DNA of 17,991 nt from Candidatus Coatesbacteria bacterium (GCA_014728225.1 WJLX01000177.1:1-17991), one strand, 5' to 3'; counted from the stretch's first letter, positions 1-7,542 are shown. A program made the numbers and translations. Notes: a model not told the origin generated them from the letters alone.

Positions 1-232
1 CTCAACCTCCCTCGACCCCCACAGACAAAGGAACGTTTCTCTTAACCAGTTAGCAACTTGGCATTATACAGCAATTACTTGAATGTGGCAAGTATTTTAA
101 TTTCGTGCAAGATAAAACCCACTCTTTTTCTTCATCAAGAGTCGACAAATTCTCCCTGAACGGTTCTGCTAGTCACTAGCAATCCGTCAGTCTCGCACCC
201 GCGATTAGAGCGTTGAACAACACCGTTGAGGC

Positions 233-261
233 TTGCATCTTACCTCAGCGCCCGGTAAAAT
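233..261 (+). promoter_or_regulatory. sigma70-like promoter: TTGCAT (233-238), 17-nt spacer, TAAAAT (256-261), about 45 nt upstream of the tdh start
   Basis: Hexamers and spacing read directly from the sequence. A GAGAGG Shine-Dalgarno sits 1-5 nt before the ATG at 308. Confidence 0.35.
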
Positions 262-307
262 CGTCTTCTGTCTGACGACAGCCCGGCCTTCGCGACGAGA
301 CGAGAGG

Positions 308-1294
308 ATGAGCATGAGCGAACCCCAACGGATTCTGGTCACCGGCGCCCTGGGACAGATCGGTTCCGAACTGACCTTAGAACTGCGGAGCGTCTACGGC
401 GCCGACAACGTCGTGGCCACCGATATTCGCGAGTGCACCATCGCCGACATCGCCGAGTGCGGCTCCTTCGAGATCTGTGACGTCCTTGACCCAAACCGGC
501 TCGCCGAGCTGTGCGAGGCCTACGACATCGACTCCATCGTCCACATGGCCGCCGTCCTCTCGGCCACCGGCGAGCGGAACCCCGACGCCTGCTGGAACGT
601 CAACATCAACGGCAGTCTCAACGTCTTGCGCCTGGCCCGGGAGCGCGGGCTGACCCGGGTGCTGATCCCCTCGTCGATCGCCGCCTTCGGACCGGAAACC
701 CCGCTAGAAAACACGCCCCAGGAGACCGTCCTGCGTCCGCGAACCATGTACGGCGTCACCAAGGTGGCCGGCGAGCTGCTGGCCGACTACTTCTGGAACA
801 AATGGGGCCTCGACGTCCGCGGGCTGCGCTACCCCGGGATCATCTCCGCCAAGACCCTCCCCGGCGGCGGCACCACCGACTACGCCGTCGACATCTACTA
901 CAAGGCCGTCTCCGAACCCAGCTACACCTGCTTCGTCAAGCCCGAGACCCGGCTGCCGATGATGTACATGCCCGACTGCCTCAAGGCCACCATCGACCTC
1001 TTCCGCGCCCCCGTCGAAGGCCTCAAACACCACGGCGACTTCAACGTCGGCTCGATGTCCTTCAGCGCCGGTGAGCTGGCCGCCGCCATCCAGCGCCGCG
1101 TCCCCGGCTTCGAGGTCCGCTTCGAGCCCGACTACCGCCAGGCCATCGCCGACAGTTGGCCTTCCTCGGTCGACGACGCCGCCGCCCGCCGGGAATGGGG
1201 CTGGAGCCCCGACCACGACCTGGAGTCGATGACCGACGATATGCTCGAGCGCCTGCGCGCCCGCCACGCGGCCGGGGAGCTGTACCCGGCTTGA
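308..1294 (+). CDS. tdh: L-threonine 3-dehydrogenase (NAD-dependent epimerase/dehydratase family)
   Basis: The ORF-track frame 233..1294 has an internal ATG at 308 preceded by a GAGAGG SD. The N-terminus ILVTGALGQIGSEL is a Rossmann fold. Motifs RGLRYPGIISAKTLPGGGTTDYAV, RLPMMYMPDCLKAT, RQAIADSWP and WGW match mammalian/bacterial short-chain TDH closely. Confidence 0.9.
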   Translation: MSMSEPQRILVTGALGQIGSELTLELRSVYGADNVVATDIRECTIADIAECGSFEICDVLDPNRLAELCEAYDIDSIVHMAAVLSATGERNPDACWNVNINGSLNVLRLARERGLTRVLIPSSIAAFGPETPLENTPQETVLRPRTMYGVTKVAGELLADYFWNKWGLDVRGLRYPGIISAKTLPGGGTTDYAVDIYYKAVSEPSYTCFVKPETRLPMMYMPDCLKATIDLFRAPVEGLKHHGDFNVGSMSFSAGELAAAIQRRVPGFEVRFEPDYRQAIADSWPSSVDDAAARREWGWSPDHDLESMTDDMLERLRARHAAGELYPA

Positions 1295-1310
1295 TCAAGC
1301 GCGATAAGTC

Positions 1311-1356
1311 AAATACAACCGGCGATCCCCAGGAAAGGAGATCGCCGGTTTTTTTG
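1311..1356. terminator. bidirectional rho-independent terminator: 9-bp GC stem CCGGCGATC/GATCGCCGG, 12-nt loop, then T7 on the + strand and an A-run on the other side
   Basis: Perfect inverted repeat at 1319-1327 and 1340-1348, followed by ttttttt at 1349-1355 and preceded by aaatacaa. It lies 25 nt after the tdh stop. Confidence 0.85.
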
Positions 1357-1682
1357 TATCTTGAAGCTGTTAGCCGTGGGCTGTCAGCAGCTTATAATGT
1401 GGGGTTCTGTGGATCGGCCGTCAGTGACTGGAGAAGACGTTCAACTTGTGATTGAGGCTAATCGAGCTTGATTGCCGCCACGATCGAATGCACCTGTCAT
1501 GGTCCGGCATATCCGTAAATTGAGCTGAGGGGAATGGAGTTACGACCTTCGTAGCTGATTGTCACATTTGTCGGCCGAGTCGGTAAGGTAGCGTAGCCGC
1601 TGTTACGGCGGTCATCAAGAAGAACCACCGGCAGGAAGAGCCACCGGCAAAGTCGCTTGTTAATTGGTTGAGTCAGGATAGC

Positions 1683-2282
1683 TTACTCCCGCCGCAGGCG
1701 CGACAGGGCGGCGGCGATCAACCGCTGCGGGCCGATGTCGTCGGGCAGCTCCTCTTCGGCGGCCGCCACGGCGCCGCGGGCCGCCGCACCGGGATAGCCC
1801 AGAGCCACCAGAGCGGCCACGGCGTCGGAACGCCCCGTGGTCGTCGGCGCGGCGCCCAGCTTGGGCAGCAGCTCCCCGGCGGCGTCACGCAGCTCCAGGC
1901 TCAGCTTCTCCGCTTTCTTGCGGCCGATCCCCGGCACCCGGGACAGCAGAGCGAAGTCACCACCGGTCAACGCCTGGAGCAGCTCCGTGGTCCGCAGGTT
2001 GGAAATGGCCGCCAGGGCCAGCTTGGGACCCACGCCGGAACCGCCCAGCAGCAGCCGGAAGACTTCGCGCTCGGCCGCCTCCAGAAAGCCGAAGAGGGCC
2101 GGACCCTGCTTCTCACTGTAGGTCATCTCCGTCAGCAGGATCAGCTCATCACCCACGGACAGCTTGCTCAGGCTGGTGTAGGTCGACAGCGCCACGGACA
2201 CCCGGTAGCCCACGCCGCCGACTTCGATTACGGCGAACTCCGGCGTCAGCGCCGCCAGTCTGCCGCTCAAACGTTCGATCAT
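1683..2282 (-). CDS. ruvA: Holliday junction branch-migration complex subunit RuvA
   Basis: The ORF-track frame 1683..2429 has an internal ATG at 2282 (MIERLSGRLAALTPEFAVIEVGGVGYRV...). It has the typical RuvA N-terminus, the HhH region GVGPKLALAAIS, and a C-terminal domain III. Confidence 0.9.
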   Translation of the reverse strand: MIERLSGRLAALTPEFAVIEVGGVGYRVSVALSTYTSLSKLSVGDELILLTEMTYSEKQGPALFGFLEAAEREVFRLLLGGSGVGPKLALAAISNLRTTELLQALTGGDFALLSRVPGIGRKKAEKLSLELRDAAGELLPKLGAAPTTTGRSDAVAALVALGYPGAAARGAVAAAEEELPDDIGPQRLIAAALSRLRRE

Positions 2283-2317
2283 GATTGACCGCTCCAGAAA
2301 GGGTGATCGGCCGAAAG

Positions 2318-2501
2318 CCGACCGTTGAAAAACGACACAGCGTCTGCGCAGGACCAGGCCGGCCGGAACTGGCACGGTTTTTGCAACTCGGCGCCCGTTT
2401 GGAGCGACGTTAACCGGCCGCCTCCGCAAAAACCGTGCCAGTTCCGGCCCGGCGGGTTTTCGCCGTGGCGTGGTTTTGGGCCGTCGTTTTTCAACGGTCG
2501 G
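2318..2501. repeat. nested inverted-repeat element: outer 19-21-bp arms (2318-2338 / 2483-2501) and an inner perfect 24-bp arm pair (2361-2384 / 2426-2449)
   Basis: ccgaccgttgaaaaacgac is the reverse complement of gtcgtttttcaacggtcgg. ggccggaactggcacggtttttgc is the reverse complement of gcaaaaaccgtgccagttccggcc. It lies in the 247-bp gap between the FKBP stop and the ruvA start. Confidence 0.6.
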
Positions 2502-2529
2502 CGGGCGGGTGGCGACTACCTTTCTCGGG

Positions 2530-2958
2530 TCAGGCCACCGCCAGCAGTTCGACCTCGAAGCTCAGGTCCTGGCCGGCCAGGGGATGGTTGAAGTCCAGCA
2601 CGATGGTTTGTTCGTCGACCTTGGCGATGCGGGCTCGGGCGTTGTTGCCGTCCTTGAGTTCCATCTCGACGAACATGCCGACCTTGGGCTCGATGTTGTC
2701 CGGGACTTCGCTGCGTTCGAGACTGGCCATCAGCCCATCCTTGCGCTCACCGTAGGCGTCGGCGGCGGGGATGTCGATGGTCTTAGTTTCGCCGACCTTC
2801 ATCCCGAGGACGCCGTTCTCGAATCCGGGGATCAGGGTTCCCGAGCCGATGACGAACTCGAGGGGTTCACGCTCCCGCGAGCTGTCGAAGACGGTGCCGT
2901 CGTCGAGGGTGCCGGTATAGTGGACCTTGACTTTATCTCCCTTGGCGGCTTGAGACAT
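2530..2958 (-). CDS. FKBP-type peptidyl-prolyl cis-trans isomerase (FkpB/SlyD-like, cytoplasmic)
   Basis: MSQAAKGDKVKVHYTGTLDDGTVFDSS...FVIGSGTLIPGFENGVLGMKVGETKTIDIPAADAYGERKDG is a canonical FKBP domain. The ATG at 2958 is chosen over the GTG-extended frame (to 3117), whose extra N-terminus is Ser/Pro low-complexity with a stop just upstream. Confidence 0.85.
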   Translation of the reverse strand: MSQAAKGDKVKVHYTGTLDDGTVFDSSREREPLEFVIGSGTLIPGFENGVLGMKVGETKTIDIPAADAYGERKDGLMASLERSEVPDNIEPKVGMFVEMELKDGNNARARIAKVDEQTIVLDFNHPLAGQDLSFEVELLAVA

Positions 2959-2959
2959 C

Positions 2960-3550
2960 TCAACCTTTCGTTGGGGTCGTTGTCTTGTTTGGGGCGGTTG
3001 TTTTCCAGCCGGCGGCGTCGAGGTGGGGTTGCGTTCCGGGTTGGCCGCCTTGAGGTCGTCGGGGACGGTGTTCAGGGGGACAGGAGAGGTTGACGTAGCG
3101 TCGGCAGGGGTGGACACGCCGGAGGACGAAGAAGCCGACGATGGTGAACAGCAGGGCCGTCGTCAGGATGATCGCGCCCCAGAGGTCGAGTAACTCTGTT
3201 GTTCCGGCGGCGGGGCGGGCCGTCTGCAGTCCGGCCGCGACCAGGGGCGCGGCGCCGAAGCGGGCGAAGCGAATCAGCGGGCCGCTTCTCTCCCAGCCCT
3301 CGAGGGGACCGGGGCGGTAGGGTAACAGTCTGGGTGCGCCGTGGTTGGCCGGGCAGTGCAGGATCGGCGAGTTCTCGGCGTAGTCGGGGCGGTGGGAGCA
3401 GCGGTGGCGGGTTAAGCAGACACCGCAGGACAGCGAAAGGCGCCGTAGGCGATCAGGGCCACCAGCCGAAGCCGACGGGCCCCCCGAGGACGAAGCCGGA
3501 ACGGCCGGAGCCGTGAAGTCGCAGGCCGGCGGTTGGAAGGCGGTCAGCAC
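2960..3550 (-). CDS. hypothetical small membrane protein (Cys/His-rich N-region plus one strong TM helix); uncertain
   Basis: The ORF-track frame carries a TM segment LLDLWGAIILTTALLFTIVGFFVL encoded with near-100% G/C at third codon positions. The tail after the TM has poor codon usage. No homolog recognised. Confidence 0.25.
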   Translation of the reverse strand: MLTAFQPPACDFTAPAVPASSSGGPSASAGGPDRLRRLSLSCGVCLTRHRCSHRPDYAENSPILHCPANHGAPRLLPYRPGPLEGWERSGPLIRFARFGAAPLVAAGLQTARPAAGTTELLDLWGAIILTTALLFTIVGFFVLRRVHPCRRYVNLSCPPEHRPRRPQGGQPGTQPHLDAAGWKTTAPNKTTTPTKG

Positions 3551-3670
3551 GCCGCGTTCCCAGCGGCACAGCAGGTGTTTGCGGGCCGCGCAACCGAAGC
3601 ACTCGTCGGCCGGTTTCAGGTGCAGGGCGTAGGCGTCGAGGGTCTCTCGACCATCGATGATGTTCCATCT

Positions 3671-4333
3671 TCAGGCCCGGCGCAGCAGGTGGGCGTTGCC
3701 CCGCCGGCCGACGAGCTCCAGCACACCGACCCGGCGCAGGACGTAGCTCAAGCGGCGGACCCGTTCGAGGCGTCGGCCGAGGGCGACGGCCAGCTCGCGG
3801 TTGGTGAAGGGCTCCGCCAGACGGCGGGGCAGCAGGCGCAGGTAGTCCGCCGGGCTGCAGAAGTTGAGGCTCTGGCTCACGTTGAGCAGTCGTCGCTCGG
3901 TGACGCGCCAACCGCGCCGGTTACGTGCCGGAGCCCGCCGTTCCTCGAGTTCAAGCAGCAGCACCTCGAGGCTCAACCCCGGTCGCCCGATCAGCTCCGG
4001 GGCGTGGACCAGCTCGTCGAACAGGTCCAGGGCGGAACCGCGCTTGGGCGATTTGCGGCTGCGGAGTTCGGCGCCGTTTTCGTCGAGATAAACCAGGCGC
4101 TTGCGCGCCGCCACGGGGTGGACGAGATGTACCCGATAGGCGGTGAGGAGTTCGGCGACCTTGCGGCGCAGGCGCTGGAAATGGCCGGTCTGGATCTCGA
4201 TGCAGGTCTCACCGCGGCGGATATCGACGACGTAACCGTTGACCGCGACTTCGAGTTCATCGCCGGGCAGGGCGTAGTAGGCCTTCAACGCGGCGTGGAG
4301 GGCGCCCTCGTTGAGCAGGCCGATGCCGCTCAC
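3671..4333 (-). CDS. uncharacterised protein with a PD-(D/E)xK-like nuclease-fold motif and a C-terminal winged-helix-like region
   Basis: 220-aa ORF with protein-like composition. N-terminal GDELEVAVNGYVVDIRRGETCIEIQTG fits a D...E-x-(K/Q) restriction-endonuclease-like core. The start ATG overlaps the TGA of the upstream methyltransferase (4330-4333). Confidence 0.6.
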   Translation of the reverse strand: MSGIGLLNEGALHAALKAYYALPGDELEVAVNGYVVDIRRGETCIEIQTGHFQRLRRKVAELLTAYRVHLVHPVAARKRLVYLDENGAELRSRKSPKRGSALDLFDELVHAPELIGRPGLSLEVLLLELEERRAPARNRRGWRVTERRLLNVSQSLNFCSPADYLRLLPRRLAEPFTNRELAVALGRRLERVRRLSYVLRRVGVLELVGRRGNAHLLRRA

Positions 4334-4881
4334 GGCCGGGGAGCGAACAGGTGGCTCCAGCGACCTTTGCCGCGGAGCGTGAACAAACCGCCGGTCTTCG
4401 TCTGCTCCACCAGCTCGGCGTCGGCCAGGTGATGGTCCTCGACGGCCAAGGTGCCGCAGTTTTTGAGTACCCGGTTCAGCTCGGCCAGGATCGGTTGCGG
4501 CTCGGTGAAGTTGTGCAGGACGTCAAAGAGCAGCACCACGTCGACGCTGTCGTCGTCGAGGCCCGTCGGGCCGGTCGAGGTGATGGTGCGCAGGTTGTTC
4601 AGGTCCTTGGCGGCGGCTTTGGCGGTGACCTTCTTGGCCGCCAGAGGCACCCGGTCGAGGGCGTAGACGAGGCCGGCCGGTCCGACGATCTGCGCCGCCG
4701 GGATGCTGTAGCCGCCGGGGCCGCAGCCGAAGTCCAGCACCGTCATCCCCGGGGCGACGCCGACCTCAAGCAGGATCTCCCCGAGGGGCTTGCGCTGGTA
4801 GCGCCCGGCCTCGAACTTGGCGCTCATCTCCTCGAAGGCGGCCTCGGACATCGGACCGCCGGTTTTTTCGCTCCCGCTCAT
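4330..4881 (-). CDS. class I SAM-dependent methyltransferase (small, about 183 aa)
   Basis: Motif I VLDFGCGPGGYS, an acidic residue at the end of beta-2 (YALDRV), and VVLLFDVLHNF (motif IV region). There is no DPPY/NPPY DNA-methyltransferase motif. ATG at 4881 has a GAGGA SD 6 nt upstream. Confidence 0.8.
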   Translation of the reverse strand: MSGSEKTGGPMSEAAFEEMSAKFEAGRYQRKPLGEILLEVGVAPGMTVLDFGCGPGGYSIPAAQIVGPAGLVYALDRVPLAAKKVTAKAAAKDLNNLRTITSTGPTGLDDDSVDVVLLFDVLHNFTEPQPILAELNRVLKNCGTLAVEDHHLADAELVEQTKTGGLFTLRGKGRWSHLFAPRP

Positions 4882-4914
4882 CGGTTCCTCGCTGATTATC
4901 GCGCCGCGCGGCAA

Positions 4915-4952
4915 CGAGTATAACAAACGGAACCGCCCGGCGCGGTTCCGTT
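4915..4952 (-). terminator. intrinsic terminator-like hairpin (11-bp GC-rich stem AACGGAACCGC/GCGGTTCCGTT), followed on the minus strand by UUUGUUAUACU
   Basis: Seen in sequence. It lies between the small ORF 5151..5294 and the methyltransferase start. The + strand has a weaker T4 tail. Confidence 0.4.
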
Positions 4953-5150
4953 GGCTTTTATGAGGGCGGGGTCAGTTCCAACGACCGCCCCGGCCGCCTC
5001 CCGAACCGCCGCGACAACCGCTGCCACAGCTTTGGCAGGCCCGCGGGTGGTTATGCTGCGCGGGCCGCCGGTTGTTCTCAAAGACTCGCCGGACGTCGCC
5101 TAGTGCGGCACCTTTTCGCTGTTCTGGCGGTTCTCCGGGGGTACCAGACC

Positions 5151-5294
5151 CTAGCTGTCGAAGAGGGTCGGCAGGGCCCGCTGCAGGGCCCGCTGGTGCC
5201 GGCGCTCGGCCTCGCTGACCTCGATGTCCAGGCTCTGAGCGGCGACGGGCGCTCCAAGGGCCGAGAGAACGAAGATCATTGACAGGCTGCGCAT
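5151..5294 (-). CDS. 47-aa ORF with a Sec-type signal peptide (MRSLSMIFVLSALGAPVAAQS...); below the ORF-track size cutoff
   Basis: Hand translation of the minus strand gives MRSLSMIFVLSALGAPVAAQSLDIEVSEAERRHQRALQRALPTLFDS*. It uses GC-rich codons and is followed by the terminator-like hairpin. No obvious SD. Confidence 0.3.
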   Translation of the reverse strand: MRSLSMIFVLSALGAPVAAQSLDIEVSEAERRHQRALQRALPTLFDS

Positions 5295-5399
5295 GGCGCA
5301 GCTCGTTGTTGGCTTGAGCGAGATCAGCAGCGTGATATGGTGTATATTACCAGTAAGTTGCTGGGAAATTGCGTGGGCTTATGAAAGGGAATCGGCTGG

Positions 5400-6330
5400 C
5401 AGCGGTTCAGTTTTTCTTTCGTTTATTATTTCTCGCAGCTTTCCTAGCATTTATAAAAAGCATTTTATTTTTATCATACTCACTTTTTAGCCATTCAATA
5501 AACGCATCATTATATACTGGACATGGATAGTGTTTAGATATATAGCAGTAAGGTGAATTAATATCTATGTTATAGTATTGTTTTACATATTGTATATCCT
5601 GTTGAGAGATCTGTTGACCTTTATTTATATATTTATTCATTTCCTCTACAACATATCCCATTCTTCGACAATGTGTTTTATCAGATTTTTCTGCTCTAAA
5701 TTCTGGAGCATTTGGATCATTTGTTATTCGAATTGTATCAGATAATTTTGTAACACTAATACTATCATGTGCTTCTGCAGGAGTGTCCATAAATATTTGT
5801 ATTTTATCAAAAAAATCATGCATATGTTCGTCAATTCTTTCGTTAATAAGATTTCTTATGTCGTTAGAATTTGCGATTTCAGATTTTGAACCATGTCGTA
5901 CATATATAGTTCCTTTTCTAAATTCATGCTTAACTTTTTTGTCAGATTTATATTCACCATCCTTTTCAAATAATAATGGGTACTTACTTTTACTGATGTG
6001 TATAGCATTAATAATTCCATCTTTTCTTTCAATGTTTACGTGATCAATGCAGTCATATTGAGTGCCAGTATACTTATATATTTTATCAACAAGAGGGGCT
6101 AAATCAATTTTATAATCTTCATAGTTGCATATCTTTCCGTTATCATCAATATTAAATAACAATACTCCACCGTCTGTATTTGCAAATGCAACGATTTCTT
6201 TTATCAATTTTAATAATAATCGCTTGTTCTTAAGGTTGTAGTGTTCCTTAAACTCAATATACTTCGTTTCTATTGTTGTGGTTCTTGAAACTCTAAGCAA
6301 TTCTGTTTTATCCATTTCTTTTCCTTTTAT
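5400..6330. mobile_element. about 0.93-kb AT-rich compositional island (single-gene insertion); no integrase or obvious flanking direct repeats seen
   Basis: An abrupt GC-to-AT switch sits exactly at the stop codon of the upstream gene (6327). The AT-rich tract ends at the island gene's stop (5407). Confidence 0.5.
5407..6315 (-). CDS. AlbA_2 / Schlafen-box (divergent-AAA) domain protein, AT-rich xenogeneic gene
   Basis: The ORF-track frame 5407..6801 is chimeric. The real start is the ATG at 6315 (MDKTELLRVS...), preceded by AAAGGAAAAG. The N-terminal ETKYIEFKEHYN...IKEIVAFANTDGGVLLFNIDDNGKI is the signature E-x-EFK...AFANT-GG-LL-G(V/I)-D of Pfam AlbA_2/Slfn core. Composition is about 30% GC against about 68% in flanking genes. 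Confidence 0.75.
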   Translation of the reverse strand: MDKTELLRVSRTTTIETKYIEFKEHYNLKNKRLLLKLIKEIVAFANTDGGVLLFNIDDNGKICNYEDYKIDLAPLVDKIYKYTGTQYDCIDHVNIERKDGIINAIHISKSKYPLLFEKDGEYKSDKKVKHEFRKGTIYVRHGSKSEIANSNDIRNLINERIDEHMHDFFDKIQIFMDTPAEAHDSISVTKLSDTIRITNDPNAPEFRAEKSDKTHCRRMGYVVEEMNKYINKGQQISQQDIQYVKQYYNIDINSPYCYISKHYPCPVYNDAFIEWLKSEYDKNKMLFINARKAARNNKRKKN

Positions 6331-6824
6331 CGCTTTGTCGCCAGCCTGCCCCCGGGGCAGGTCTCGCGGTAGGCGCATCTGGGGCAGAAGGTGGGGAAGA
6401 AGATCGTCGTGTGCAGCAGCAGCAGGCCGACGTAGAGCGCAGCGTACCACCAGGCCGCCGTGAACAACCAGTACAGCGGGAACAGCAGGATGGCCACGAC
6501 GAAGGAGATACCGAACGCCGCCGCCCGGTCGTAGGCCTTCTTCGTGTGCGCGGCATGGGGATGAAGCAGTTTGGAGAGCGGATTGGCCAGGTAGACGCCG
6601 TAGATCGCCGGGCAGAAGCGCCCCCGGTAGGGGCAGCCGACACAGCAGCGCGCCTGGGCGACATGGACGCCCAGGAGCAGCGAGAGGTAGATGACGCCCA
6701 GCCACCAGGAGCTGGCGAAGAGCAGCCAGGCGGCGCCGATCAGCGCCGCCAGCGCCGGGAGCAGCAGCAGAACGTAGTACAGCTTCTGCCGGGCGGTCCA
6801 CTGATGGGGTGGGTGGGAGGACAT
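6327..6824 (-). CDS. multi-pass membrane protein with two CxxC-type cysteine clusters (possibly DUF2085-like)
   Basis: 165 aa with 4-5 hydrophobic helices. Cysteine clusters CCVGCPYRGRFCPAIYG and FCPRCAYRETCPGG. GC-rich codon usage. Its stop is 11 nt before the AT-rich gene's start. Confidence 0.65.
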   Translation of the reverse strand: MSSHPPHQWTARQKLYYVLLLLPALAALIGAAWLLFASSWWLGVIYLSLLLGVHVAQARCCVGCPYRGRFCPAIYGVYLANPLSKLLHPHAAHTKKAYDRAAAFGISFVVAILLFPLYWLFTAAWWYAALYVGLLLLHTTIFFPTFCPRCAYRETCPGGRLATKR

Positions 6825-7053
6825 GACGGGCTTGTGGCCGAGCTGTCGGGGACGGTCGCCCCTGCGTTATACGACTGGAGTTAGTCGATCCTGCGGCAAG
6901 AACTGATCTTCAGCCGCCATACGGGAGAAAGCCGACTTGAACGGGCCGCACCCCTCAAAGCGTAATCGGGCGGTGGACGTCAATGAAGATGGATCGTCCA
7001 TGTAAAGCGCACTTCTCAGCATCAGTCGGGCGGGAACTCTGTACTCAGCCCGA

Positions 7054-7527
7054 CTAAACCGCGCCCCGCAGCAGATGGCAGATGGCCGCCGCCAGGGCGT
7101 CGGAGGCGTCGTCCGGTGTAACCGGCTCCCGCAGGGCCAGCAGGCGCTGGACCATGAAGGCCACCTGGCTTTTGACGGCCTTGCCCTTGCCGGTGACGGC
7201 GCGCTTGATCTGCATCGGGGTGTACTCGTGGACGGGCAGCCCGGCGCGCACGGCGGTCAATACGCAGACGCCGCGGGCGTGGCCCAGCAGCAGGGCGGTG
7301 CGGGGGTTGACGGCGCTGAAGACGGTTTCGACGGCGCAGCAGTCGGGGCGGTAGGTGTCGATGACGGCGGTCAGCTCGGTGTAGATGCGCTCGAGGCGGC
7401 GGGGCAGCTCCCAAGCGGGTTTGGTGGGGATGTGACCGTAGAGCAGGCCGCGCAGGCCGCGGCCCTGCTCTTCGACCAGGCCGTAGCCGGTGCTGGCGAG
7501 GGAGGGGTCGATGCCCAGGACACGGAT
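7054..7527 (-). CDS. ruvC: crossover junction endodeoxyribonuclease RuvC; no canonical start codon, putative AUC start
   Basis: Hand translation gives (I)RVLGIDPSLASTGYGLVEEQGRGL...ETVF...TPDDASDALAAAICH with all RuvC catalytic acidic residues. It is in frame with the yebC TAA and has no intervening ATG/GTG/TTG. A GGGAGA SD sits 6 nt before ATC (7525-7527). The ORF track captured only the last 68 aa from an internal TTG. Confidence 0.8.
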   Translation of the reverse strand: MRVLGIDPSLASTGYGLVEEQGRGLRGLLYGHIPTKPAWELPRRLERIYTELTAVIDTYRPDCCAVETVFSAVNPRTALLLGHARGVCVLTAVRAGLPVHEYTPMQIKRAVTGKGKAVKSQVAFMVQRLLALREPVTPDDASDALAAAICHLLRGAV

Positions 7528-7542
7528 GGCGGCTCTCCCGGG

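Noticed and set aside
40-110. sigma54-like TGGCAT...GCAAT and short inverted repeat ACTTGGCA/TGGCAAGT in the AT-richer first 230 bp
   Set aside because: GG-to-GC spacing is one nt off the -24/-12 consensus. No supporting activator sites. Likely chance.
2959-3117. Long N-terminal extension of the FKBP gene (GTG at 3117)
   Set aside because: The extension is Ser/Pro low-complexity with a stop immediately upstream and no signal peptide. The canonical FKBP N-terminus begins at ATG 2958.
3533-4432. 299-aa plus-strand ORF, plus 12994..13761 and 1668..2288 (+)
   Set aside because: They are antisense to the PD-(D/E)xK-like gene, the ClpX paralog and ruvA respectively. All are low-complexity reverse-frame products.
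5407-6801. The 464-aa ORF-track frame, taken as one gene
   Set aside because: It is chimeric. The GC-rich first 162 codons are an out-of-frame overlap with the 6327..6824 membrane-protein gene. The real AT-rich gene starts at ATG 6315 with its own SD.
7024-7055. 8-bp stem / 16-nt loop hairpin overlapping the ruvC stop codon
   Set aside because: Weak stem with no U-tract on the transcribed strand. Not convincing as a terminator.
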